Program-made: the position numbers and the translations under genes | DNA from: a virus | IMG/VR virus record: IMGVR_UViG_3300010388_000185 | Coordinates: 1 to 14,791 of that record | Reading direction: 5' to 3' (one strand) | Length of the DNA stretch: 14,791 bases | Shown here: positions 5,150 to 12,804 of the stretch, piece after piece | How positions within the stretch are numbered: the stretch's first letter is position 1 | Layout of the letters: every line of letters starts with the position of its first letter | The notes under the pieces: model-generated | The model's database searches: none | The model's input: the letters and a program-made list of their open reading frames with translations, nothing else | Told to the model about the DNA's origin: nothing

Positions 5150-6681
5150 AGCCCGTTTCTTTTGAAGATGCTAACAACCCCCGCGACGTAGTCAGTCAAA
5201 CTTTTTCTTTCGGCGGTCGGGAATTCCCTACGCTTGAAGAATTGGCTGTGTTTGCGCGGGAAGACGGCACGAAACCGCTTCACGTTTCAACTTTCGAAGG
5301 CTCTGAAAACTTCGCTGAAGAATTCCTGGTCGGCTGTCGTATGTTGGGCTTCGAACCTACTCCGCAGCAATGGAAGTTAGCGTCGGCGTTGAACGCGTGG
5401 GACCAGGAGCGTGAACGTCCTGCCCAGCGTACGGTAGGTATCTGTGTACCGCGTCGTGCGGGTAAGACGACGGCGCTTCTGGCTATTGCGGTCGGCAGGT
5501 GTGCTGTACGTCCTGGCTATACGGTGCTGTTTACGGCTCAGAGTGGTACGAAGGCGTCGGCGCGTTTCTTGGAAATGGCTCGCACGCTTGAAAGGAAGGA
5601 GCCAGACCCTGATAAGCGGGGCTTCCGCATTATGCGCGGTGCCGGTAATCAGAACCTGACGTTCTATAACGGCTCCCTATTCCAGGTATTGCCACCGAAG
5701 CCTGACGCTTTCCGCGGCGATAGTGGCGACCTTATCCTGTTGGACGAAGCGCAGGAACACACGGCGGACGTATCGGCTGAGCTGTTAGGTGCTATCTTGC
5801 CGACAATGGATACGCGCCCAGGCGCTCAGCTAGTGGTAGCCGGTACCGCGGGGGAGCGTCGCAGCGGTATCTTCTGGGACACTCTCCAGGAAGGACGCCA
5901 GGCTTTACCGCGTACGGGTATCGTCGAATTCGCAGCGCCGGACAATACGACAGAGGAAGAAGCGGAGAACCCAGAGCTGTGGGCCGCGACTCACCCAGGT
6001 ATTGGCACGCTTACAGACCTGGAAACTATCGGTAACAACTTCCAGAAGCTACCTAGACCTAACTTCTTGCGCGAATATCTGGGCATATGGCCGGAAGATT
6101 ACAGCCAGTCCGCTATCGACCAGGACGCTTGGAAAGCTTGCGCGACAGACTTTAGTAGTAAACCTGATAAGTTTGCGCTGGCTTTCGACGTGTCTGTAGA
6201 CGGTAGCGTGGCCTGTATCGCTGCGGCGTGGCGTGAAAACGACCAGGCTTACGTCGAAATCATAGACCACAAACTAGGTACAGATTGGCTAGTACCGCGC
6301 ATAAATGAGTTGGCCCGTAAGTACCGTATACCTATCGCACACGACAGCGTTGGCTCTGTACTGGTAGAAGTAGCAGCGTTACAGAAGCTTAGGCCACGCC
6401 CAAACTTACAGCCATTAGGGTACCGCGACCTAGCGCCTGGTTGTGCTGCCATTATGAAGGAGATAAACGGGCGAACCTTACGCCACTTCGACCAGCCTTC
6501 CCTAAACGAAGCGGCTTCTAAAGTCGTGAAACGACCACTAGGAGACAACGGCTGGGCTTGGGGACGCCGTGCCAGCGGTGGGGATATCACACCTTTAGCA
6601 GCTGCCACGTTTGCGCTTAGGGCTTTCGACAATATGAAAACGCCGCAGAAAATGGTTATCGTATCTTCGGCTACTAAGTAA
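5143..6681 (+). CDS. terL: Terminase large subunit
   Basis: 512 aa. Walker A is VPRRAGKTTALL and Walker B is LILLDEAQE. The C-terminal RNaseH-like nuclease half begins around FALAFDVSVDGSVACIAAAW. Canonical position upstream of the portal. Confidence 0.9.
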   Translation: MVKPVSFEDANNPRDVVSQTFSFGGREFPTLEELAVFAREDGTKPLHVSTFEGSENFAEEFLVGCRMLGFEPTPQQWKLASALNAWDQERERPAQRTVGICVPRRAGKTTALLAIAVGRCAVRPGYTVLFTAQSGTKASARFLEMARTLERKEPDPDKRGFRIMRGAGNQNLTFYNGSLFQVLPPKPDAFRGDSGDLILLDEAQEHTADVSAELLGAILPTMDTRPGAQLVVAGTAGERRSGIFWDTLQEGRQALPRTGIVEFAAPDNTTEEEAENPELWAATHPGIGTLTDLETIGNNFQKLPRPNFLREYLGIWPEDYSQSAIDQDAWKACATDFSSKPDKFALAFDVSVDGSVACIAAAWRENDQAYVEIIDHKLGTDWLVPRINELARKYRIPIAHDSVGSVLVEVAALQKLRPRPNLQPLGYRDLAPGCAAIMKEINGRTLRHFDQPSLNEAASKVVKRPLGDNGWAWGRRASGGDITPLAAATFALRAFDNMKTPQKMVIVSSATK

Positions 6682-6701
6682 AAGCGTGGTAAGATACGGC
6701 T

Positions 6702-7748
6702 GTGGGTATTCGTAACGCATTACGACTTATCGAGTCGGGCGACCAGCTGAAGAACGTAACCGCTATGCCTAATAGCGGTATTGTGTCACCGTGGGCGACA
6801 GGCCAACTGTCGCAGGTTGTCTGGTCTGATATCTTCGGCGTCGAAGCTAACACTATTAGCCGTAAAGAAGCTATGACTATCCCAGCGGTCGCTAAAGCCC
6901 GCCAAATTCTTACTTCGACTATTGCTAAATATCCTTTAGTAGCGTTGGAAGGTGCCGACGACGTCACCAGTAACCACGCCTGGCTACAGGCTACAGACGG
7001 GGAAGTATCTCCCTGGCACCGTATGGCGTGGACTATTGACGACTTAATCTTCTTCGGCTGGTCTCTATGGGGTGTAGAGCGCGACGCTAGCGGTGAAATT
7101 ATCAAGGCTGACCGTTGTCCTATCGAGCGTTGGAAGATAGACCCAGACGGTGCTATCCGTATCGACGACGTGGTAGCCGAAGAAGGCTCCGTAATTCTTA
7201 TCCCTGGACCGTTCGAAGGACTCCTAGCGGTAGGCTCTCGCACGCTTAAGGGCGGTGCGAAACTAGAAGCGTCGTGGGTCGGAAAAGCTACCAACCCTAT
7301 TCCAGCTATCGAGCTACACGCGACCACCGACGACCCCTTAGAAATCGACGAAGTCCAGGCCCTAGTACAGGCGTGGGCGGACGCCCGTTCAGACGTGAAC
7401 GGCGCTATCGCTTTCACGCCACACAACGTACAGGCAATCGCTCACGGCTCCGCAGAGCCCAGCCTACTTATCGAAGGCCGTAACTTCCTTCGTATTGACG
7501 TCGGCGCTTTCTTGGGTATCCCAGCTGCGCTTATGGACGCGTCACTTTCGACCGCTTCGCTGACCTATTCCACCCAGGAAGGCCAGCGAAATGAGTTCGC
7601 AGACTTCACACTTCCCTACTGGCTAGAGCCTATCCAGCAGCGCCTAAGCCTGGACGACGTCGTACCTAGCGGACAGCGCGTACGTTTCGACCTTACAGAC
7701 CTGTTTACTAACCCACCCACAGCAACCAGCCCAGAGGTATTGGACTAA
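6702..7748 (+). CDS. Portal protein (HK97-family type)
   Basis: 348 aa, between terminase and capsid genes. SRKEAMTIPAVAKARQILTSTIAKYPL matches the conserved portal N-terminal helix (A..ipav.ra..lia..ia.lPl). The GTG start has a weak RBS, so the start is less certain than the gene. Confidence 0.8.
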   Translation: MGIRNALRLIESGDQLKNVTAMPNSGIVSPWATGQLSQVVWSDIFGVEANTISRKEAMTIPAVAKARQILTSTIAKYPLVALEGADDVTSNHAWLQATDGEVSPWHRMAWTIDDLIFFGWSLWGVERDASGEIIKADRCPIERWKIDPDGAIRIDDVVAEEGSVILIPGPFEGLLAVGSRTLKGGAKLEASWVGKATNPIPAIELHATTDDPLEIDEVQALVQAWADARSDVNGAIAFTPHNVQAIAHGSAEPSLLIEGRNFLRIDVGAFLGIPAALMDASLSTASLTYSTQEGQRNEFADFTLPYWLEPIQQRLSLDDVVPSGQRVRFDLTDLFTNPPTATSPEVLD

Positions 7749-9385
7749 TGACAGACGTAAAAATCGAAGCCGGTAGCCTTTACGCTAACCAGGAAGACCG
7801 CGTCGTAACCGGCCTACTCCTTCCCTATGGGGAAATCGGAAAGACTAACCTGGGACGCTTCGCTATCGAAGCTTCTTCAATCATTATCCCTAACGACCCA
7901 GACGTCGTAACCCTGAACGTACAGCACGACCACGAAGAACCCGTAGGCCGCGCTATTGAACTTACAGACACGCCCGCCGGTATTGTTGGCACTTTCAAAG
8001 TAGCTAACACTCCAGAAGGCGACACAGTCCTGGCGGAAATCGCAGAGGGGACACGCTCCAAGCTGTCCGCAGAAGTGAAGAACGTCGTAATTCGTGCCGG
8101 TAAAGCTGTCGGCGGTGTCCTATTCGGTGCCGCCGTGGTAGAACAGGGCGCGTTTCCTTCCGCTGGTCTCTATGCTGAGCTAGCGGAAGACACCGAAGAA
8201 GGAGAAGAAAACGTGTCCGAAGATACTCTAGAGGCCACAATCTTAGACGTTGTCCCAGACCCTGAAGGCAACGTAGAAGAAATCGTCGTAGACGACTTGC
8301 CTGAACAGGTAATCGTAGACGTCGTAAACCCAGCGGACGGCTCAGTCGAACAGACTGTATTCGTCCCTGAAACCCAACCCAACACACAACAAGGAGATAA
8401 CCCTATGGGCGCAGCAACCGCACCCGAAACGCTCCAGGCTGCTAAGTCTGTGCCTGTTAGCGAGTCACTCTCTACCGTCGTTAGCCAGCTCGCAAGTGCT
8501 GCTAAGTCCGGTAGCCGTTCACTATTCGCAGAAATCGCTCAGCGTGAAGACGCTCGCGCCGTTACTTCGCTGTTCGCAGCACTTTCGGACGTAGAGTACG
8601 ACAGCGTTGGCTCTGCCGGTATCAACACTCACCAGCCCCAATGGTTGGGCGAGCTGTGGACCGGACGTACCTACGAGCGTAAGTTCATTCCACTTATCAG
8701 CTCTGGTACTATGACCGCTCTGACTATGAACGCTTGGCGTTGGACCACTAAGCCAGCTGTATCGGCTTGGGACGGTAACAAGGCCGCTGTACCTTCGAAC
8801 GCTCCAGCTACTGAGTCTTTCGAAGTTACCGGCGTTCGCTACGCTGGCGCTCACGACTGGGCTCGCGAATTTCGCGACTTCGGGCGTACTGACGTTATCG
8901 AGTCAGCTCTGCGCGGTATGGTCGAGTCTTACGCAAAGGTTACAGACCTGGCAACTATTAACGTACTGAAGACCGGCGCTACTGACGTCGTCGCTTCCGG
9001 TACCGGCGCTTGGGACCGCATTATGGACGGTGTAGAAGCTATCCTTCCCACCGCTGTACCTACGTTCGCGGTTATCGCAACTGACCTTTACCGCGACCTG
9101 CTCCTTACCACTAACAACGACGCTCTGGCCTACTTGAACGCTGGCTTGGGTCTCGAAGGTGGTACTGCTGCCGGCTTCTCAATCGTACCTAGCGACCAGC
9201 TCACCGCTGGAACCGTCCTGGTAGGAGCCCGCGAAGCTGCTATTTCGTTCGAACTCTCCGGCGCACCTATCCGCGTCGAAGCTGAGAACGTAGCACAGGG
9301 TGGCTTCGATATGGGTCTGTTCGGATACCACGCCGCAGCTGTCGTAAACGCAGACGCTCTGGCTCTGGTAGCTCCCGCAGCCTAA
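7748..9385 (+). CDS. Fusion ORF: HK97-type prohead protease (aa 1-~140), acidic linker (aa 143-210), HK97-fold major capsid protein (aa ~220-545)
   Basis: The N-terminus RVVTGLLLPYGEIGKTNLGRFAIEASS...VTLNVQHDHEEPVGRAIEL...GTFKVANTPEGDTVLAEIAEGTRSKLSAEV fits the prohead protease pattern (G.a.pyg......f..gaf.....v.l...Hd...piG...l......G.f......g...l.li..g....lS.g). The C-terminal ~320 aa has capsid-like size and position, and no separate capsid, protease or scaffold gene exists. The ATG overlaps the portal stop (TAATG). Confidence 0.8.
   Translation: MTDVKIEAGSLYANQEDRVVTGLLLPYGEIGKTNLGRFAIEASSIIIPNDPDVVTLNVQHDHEEPVGRAIELTDTPAGIVGTFKVANTPEGDTVLAEIAEGTRSKLSAEVKNVVIRAGKAVGGVLFGAAVVEQGAFPSAGLYAELAEDTEEGEENVSEDTLEATILDVVPDPEGNVEEIVVDDLPEQVIVDVVNPADGSVEQTVFVPETQPNTQQGDNPMGAATAPETLQAAKSVPVSESLSTVVSQLASAAKSGSRSLFAEIAQREDARAVTSLFAALSDVEYDSVGSAGINTHQPQWLGELWTGRTYERKFIPLISSGTMTALTMNAWRWTTKPAVSAWDGNKAAVPSNAPATESFEVTGVRYAGAHDWAREFRDFGRTDVIESALRGMVESYAKVTDLATINVLKTGATDVVASGTGAWDRIMDGVEAILPTAVPTFAVIATDLYRDLLLTTNNDALAYLNAGLGLEGGTAAGFSIVPSDQLTAGTVLVGAREAAISFELSGAPIRVEAENVAQGGFDMGLFGYHAAAVVNADALALVAPAA
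8405..9385 (+). CDS. Possible in-frame internal-start isoform: stand-alone major capsid protein (326 aa)
   Basis: AAGGAG (8391-8396), 8 nt, then ATG (8405-8407, codon 220 of the fusion ORF). It lies exactly at the linker/capsid boundary. The only other AAGGAG with a properly spaced ATG is the tape-measure start at 11431. Hypothesis only. Confidence 0.35.
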   Translation: MGAATAPETLQAAKSVPVSESLSTVVSQLASAAKSGSRSLFAEIAQREDARAVTSLFAALSDVEYDSVGSAGINTHQPQWLGELWTGRTYERKFIPLISSGTMTALTMNAWRWTTKPAVSAWDGNKAAVPSNAPATESFEVTGVRYAGAHDWAREFRDFGRTDVIESALRGMVESYAKVTDLATINVLKTGATDVVASGTGAWDRIMDGVEAILPTAVPTFAVIATDLYRDLLLTTNNDALAYLNAGLGLEGGTAAGFSIVPSDQLTAGTVLVGAREAAISFELSGAPIRVEAENVAQGGFDMGLFGYHAAAVVNADALALVAPAA

Positions 9386-9397
9386 CCAAACTAGTGG

Positions 9398-9429
9398 GCG
9401 GGGTAGTCCTACCCCTGCGGTTGCCCCGC
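9398..9429 (+). terminator. GC-rich stem-loop downstream of the capsid gene (possible attenuator or mRNA stabiliser; no U-tract)
   Basis: ggggta (9400-9405) / tacccc (9410-9415) with loop gtcc. An alternative outer pairing is gcgggg (9398-9403) / ccccgc (9424-9429). No T-run follows on either strand, so it is not a canonical intrinsic terminator. Confidence 0.2.
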
Positions 9430-9460
9430 TCACTAACCCCTACTAACGAAAGAAACGAAA

Positions 9461-10102
9461 GTGGCAATTCTTCCAGTAATTGACTTAGGCGCTCTCTGGG
9501 TCGGAGACGTGCCACTTTCCCCTACCCGCGCCGACTTCGTAGACGAAACAGGAACAGCCGTACAAATTAGCGATTACGCTTCCTGGTCTGCTTATATGCT
9601 TTCGCCCGTCGGAGAAGTTCTAGGAACTCTAACCGGCTCAGAACACGGGCAGCACCTAGAATTTACCTGGCCTACTACCACCATTCTGGAAACGCCAGGC
9701 GTACACACTATCGTTGTAACCTTCTTCGACACACCTGGAAACGTAGAAGTACAATGCGAGCCCTGGAAGTTTATCGTCCAAGATATCGACGGCTGGCTGT
9801 CACTTGAACAGGCCCGCGCACAATGGGCAGACGCTCCACTAGACGACGTCTTCCTATTCCAGCTTCTGGACACCGCTAAAGAACAATGCGTAGCGTACGC
9901 TCCAGCTCTCCTGGTCGGCGCACCTGTACCAGCCCGTTATATCCAGGCACAGCTTACCCAGGCCCGCGCTCTCTACCAGTCCACTATCGCTAACCAGGCC
10001 GATAACGTAGGTATCGAAGGCTTTACAGTTCGCGTATTCCCGCTCGACTTCACTATCCGCGCTATGCTCCGGCCTAAAAAGGCTATCGGGGGTATGTTCT
10101 AG
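9461..10102 (+). CDS. Head-to-tail adaptor (gp6/gp15-like C-terminal half) with an extra ~105-aa N-terminal beta-rich domain
   Basis: 213 aa, GTG start. The C-terminal half WLSLEQARAQWADAPLDDVFLFQLLDTAKEQCVAYAP...QAQLTQARALY fits the adaptor pattern (sl.e.k..l......D..l..li.aA......y). The N-terminal half (EHGQHLEFTWPTTTILETPGVHTIVVTFFDTPGNVEVQCEPWKFIV) looks like an Ig-like sandwich. Confidence 0.6.
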   Translation: MAILPVIDLGALWVGDVPLSPTRADFVDETGTAVQISDYASWSAYMLSPVGEVLGTLTGSEHGQHLEFTWPTTTILETPGVHTIVVTFFDTPGNVEVQCEPWKFIVQDIDGWLSLEQARAQWADAPLDDVFLFQLLDTAKEQCVAYAPALLVGAPVPARYIQAQLTQARALYQSTIANQADNVGIEGFTVRVFPLDFTIRAMLRPKKAIGGMF

Positions 10103-10473
10103 TGTCTATTCGCTCAGACCTGGCAGCTGCTCTAAAGCCACTTCTTCCAGCGCGTACAAAGATTATCGACACGCCTAGAAGTATCGACGGCCTAGAGTCG
10201 AAAACGCCCGTCGTAATGGTGTACAGGGAGACCCTAGCTAAGGCTCCTAACGCTATGGGAACCTATTTCAACACTTTCGCGTTATGGATAATCAGCCCAG
10301 GAGTAGACCCTGTACGCGCTGAAAACGCACTAGACGACCTTCTGGACGACGTCGTCGTAGCACTAGACCAGGTAAGTTGGCTTAACTGGACGACCGCCGA
10401 ACGGTCTGTATTCGGGGACAACCAAGCTCCCGCGTACAAAGTAAACCTAACCGTAATTGGGAACAAAGGATAA
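10102..10473 (+). CDS. Head-tail joining / tail-terminator-like neck protein
   Basis: The GTG overlaps the upstream TAG. 123 aa. Position is immediately before the major tail gene. The profile (SIRSDLAAALKPLL...PVVMVYRE...FALWIIS...) resembles DUF3168/gp17-type tail completion proteins from memory. Confidence 0.5.
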   Translation: MSIRSDLAAALKPLLPARTKIIDTPRSIDGLESKTPVVMVYRETLAKAPNAMGTYFNTFALWIISPGVDPVRAENALDDLLDDVVVALDQVSWLNWTTAERSVFGDNQAPAYKVNLTVIGNKG

Positions 10474-10479
10474 ACAATA

Positions 10480-10893
10480 ATGGCACAGATTAACGTACAG
10501 CCACTCTACCTAAAGGACGTAATTCTTACAGTAGACGGCGACACCTACGAAAAGCACGTTTCAGGTGTAACGATTACCCCTACCGTAGCTACCGCTACTT
10601 TCAAGGGACTTGACAGCGCAGCTGTATTTACCCAGGCTTCTTCCGCTTCGTGGATGGTAGACCTGACCTACGTTCAGGACTGGGAAACCGCAGACAGCCT
10701 GTCCGCTTACCTGTTCAACAACGCAGGAAGCGAAATTACCCTTTCGTTCAAGCCTGAGTCTGGCTCCGGTGGAACTTTCAGCGCAACCGTAATCGTTGTG
10801 CCTGGCTCAATCGGTGGACAGGTAGACAGCTACGCTACTAGCACCGTTTCGCTGCCAGTACAGGGACAGCCCACCTACACGCCAGCCGTCTAG
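10480..10893 (+). CDS. Major tail protein
   Basis: ATG 9 nt after AAAGGA. 137 aa, beta-rich and Thr/Ser/Val-rich. Codon usage favours T/C-ending codons, like the capsid gene. Position is between the neck genes and the tape-measure region. Confidence 0.65.
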   Translation: MAQINVQPLYLKDVILTVDGDTYEKHVSGVTITPTVATATFKGLDSAAVFTQASSASWMVDLTYVQDWETADSLSAYLFNNAGSEITLSFKPESGSGGTFSATVIVVPGSIGGQVDSYATSTVSLPVQGQPTYTPAV

Positions 10894-10913
10894 TCTTCTA
10901 GTCGTGTGCGGTC

Positions 10914-11438
10914 GTGCTATCTGTAAAAGGCTCTAAACAGCTCCAGGCTGTAGTCTTAGCGCTCAAAACAACAGAGCCTAAGCTGCGCCCAGAAATGTAC
11001 GCCCGCACACGCTCTAAGATATTGCCAGACTGGACGACTGGTATACAGGAAAAGATAAACGCCCAGCCCTATAGCAAAGTAAACACGGCCCTAATGAAAG
11101 GCCAACGCGTCGCTGTAGGAACCCAGGGCGTTAGTGTCCTGGCTGCTCAATCGTCTAAGGCTGTACGTCCAGGCTCCACACTCAACCCACGCGAAAACTG
11201 GGCAGCTGCCGAATTCGGTACAAAGCCCAGGGAAGCGCTTATTCGTGGGCGTCGTGGCAGCACACAATACGCCTACCGGCGTAAAATTATGACAGGCTTC
11301 CTGCCGAATAACCGTAAAGGAAAATTCGCGTTCAGAGTCGCCGAAGAAATTGTTAGCCGTTCTGTAGCTATGTGGGTACAGACGGTAGTCCAGGTTATTA
11401 GCGAAGCTGTCGAAGAAGGAGAAAAGACCAATGGCTAA
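10914..11438 (+). CDS. HK97-gp10-like protein occupying the tail-assembly-chaperone slot
   Basis: 174 aa, GTG start. VKGSKQLQAVVLALKT...VAVGTQGVSVLAAQS...NWAAAEFGTKP...FLPNNRKGKFAFRVAEEIVSRSV parallels the HK97 gp10 family layout (v.G...l...l..l......a.......vG.......yA..vEfGT...pa.PFl.pa.ee). The stop overlaps the tape-measure start (ATGGCTAA). Confidence 0.5.
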   Translation: MLSVKGSKQLQAVVLALKTTEPKLRPEMYARTRSKILPDWTTGIQEKINAQPYSKVNTALMKGQRVAVGTQGVSVLAAQSSKAVRPGSTLNPRENWAAAEFGTKPREALIRGRRGSTQYAYRRKIMTGFLPNNRKGKFAFRVAEEIVSRSVAMWVQTVVQVISEAVEEGEKTNG

Positions 11439-12804
11439 AGGAATATCTATAAACTTCCTAGCCGACGTTAGGGACTTTCTCAAAGGCACGAAGAACGTAG
11501 AAGACCAGCTGGACGACGTCGCCGACAGTCTCGACGTAGTAGCTAAAGAAGGCGAACAGTCTACCGAAAAGCTAGAAGACGGCTTTAGAGAACTAGCTAA
11601 GGCAGCTAAAAAGTCCGGCGACGATATCGGCGACGGTATGAAAAAAGGCTTCAAGGAAGCCAGCGAAGGCGCGGACGCGCTTTCAGAAAACACAAAATCT
11701 AACGCTAAAGAAGTAGCCGCGTCGTTCGACGGCTCTATCGAGTCAATCGCTGACGGCTTCCAGGGCTTAGCTGCGGAAGCTTTCGAAGGCTTCGGCCCTG
11801 CCGGTCTAGCCGCCGGTGCCTTAGTAGCTGCCGGTATCGGTTTAGCTACCGCAGAAATCCAACGTAACGAAGAAGCCGCAAAGCTAGCTAAAGAACGTAC
11901 TATCGAGCTAGGCCAGGCGTTTATCGAGTCCGGCGCTGGCGTCGCTGGCCTTGAAAGCTTCAATGAGCAGCTAAAGCTCATTATTTCTAACGCTGACGAC
12001 GCTCCTAAGAAACTGGAAGAAATCCAGAAACTAGCTAAGGACTTCCCAGACCTAGCGGACGATATTTCTACTATGGCGGTAGCGTTCGCAGGTAACGAAG
12101 ACGCTACTAAGGCAATGATTAAACAGCTTGAAGAAGCTGCTAAAGCCGAACGTGCCTACGCTGACAACGTCGCAGAAGGTGACACCTACCACGAAAGCCG
12201 CGCCCAGACCCTAGAAAAGGAAAAAGCGAAACTAGAGCAGGTACAGAAAGCTACTGAAGACGCTGCTAAAATTGAACAGGAATGGCTAGCTTCTGGCGGT
12301 GCTGAGTCACAGGCTAAAGCGGACGCTATCGGAGTAATAAACGCAGCCTACGACGAAGCCGTCTACGCTGTAGACAACTTTAAGAACGCTGAAACAGGTA
12401 TTTACGACCTGGACGCGTACGCTCAATCTATTCGCGACCGTGAACAGCTCCTAAAGGAATACCAGTCGTCACTAGCAGAGTCCGGCCTGACCACAGAGCA
12501 GAAGGCAGCTCTAAACGAAATGGGTGTAGAGCAAGCTAACGCTATTCTGAAAGGCTTGAAAGACCCAGCCGTAAGCGACGAAACTAAGAAGACCATTAAG
12601 AACGGTCTAAAGACAGCTTCACAAGAAGGCTCCGGCGTCGCTAAAAAGGAAATCGAAGACGCCTTTAAAAAGCCTGTAGACGCCACGGTAAAAGTTAAAG
12701 CCGATACGTCTTCAGCACAGTCAGACCTTGATAACCTTATAAAGGCCAGAACCGCCGTAATTAGGGTGGACTTCCAGGACCGTTTCGGAAAGCGGGTTTA
12801 CTAA
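11431..12804 (+). CDS. Tape measure protein
   Basis: ATG 9 nt after AAGGAG. 457 aa, Ala/Glu/Lys-rich and helical, with a hydrophobic Gly/Ala segment GFGPAGLAAGALVAAGIGLATA. It is the third-longest ORF in the window (after the 545-aa capsid fusion and 512-aa terminase) and lies in the canonical position. Confidence 0.8.
   Translation: MAKGISINFLADVRDFLKGTKNVEDQLDDVADSLDVVAKEGEQSTEKLEDGFRELAKAAKKSGDDIGDGMKKGFKEASEGADALSENTKSNAKEVAASFDGSIESIADGFQGLAAEAFEGFGPAGLAAGALVAAGIGLATAEIQRNEEAAKLAKERTIELGQAFIESGAGVAGLESFNEQLKLIISNADDAPKKLEEIQKLAKDFPDLADDISTMAVAFAGNEDATKAMIKQLEEAAKAERAYADNVAEGDTYHESRAQTLEKEKAKLEQVQKATEDAAKIEQEWLASGGAESQAKADAIGVINAAYDEAVYAVDNFKNAETGIYDLDAYAQSIRDREQLLKEYQSSLAESGLTTEQKAALNEMGVEQANAILKGLKDPAVSDETKKTIKNGLKTASQEGSGVAKKEIEDAFKKPVDATVKVKADTSSAQSDLDNLIKARTAVIRVDFQDRFGKRVY

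Noticed and set aside
5444-6199. Short + strand alternative-frame ORFs inside TerL (71 and 65 aa)
   Set aside because: One is an Arg-rich and the other a Leu/Ser/Thr-rich shadow frame of a confidently identified gene.
6674-7426. 250-aa ORF on the minus strand
   Set aside because: It is entirely antisense to the portal gene, which has a clear portal signature and synteny. The product is Ser/Ala/Ile-rich and low in complexity, with no SD and no partner genes on that strand.
9431-9460. Short direct repeats (ctaac twice, acgaaag twice) just upstream of the adaptor gene
   Set aside because: They are very short and purine-rich. They are adequately explained as part of a weak ribosome-binding region and by chance.
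11091-11981. 296-aa ORF on the minus strand, the longest antisense ORF in the window
   Set aside because: It is antisense to the gp10-like and tape-measure genes. Its Ser/Ala/Pro-rich, low-complexity translation is what the reverse complement of an Ala/Glu/Lys-rich gene produces. No start context supports it.
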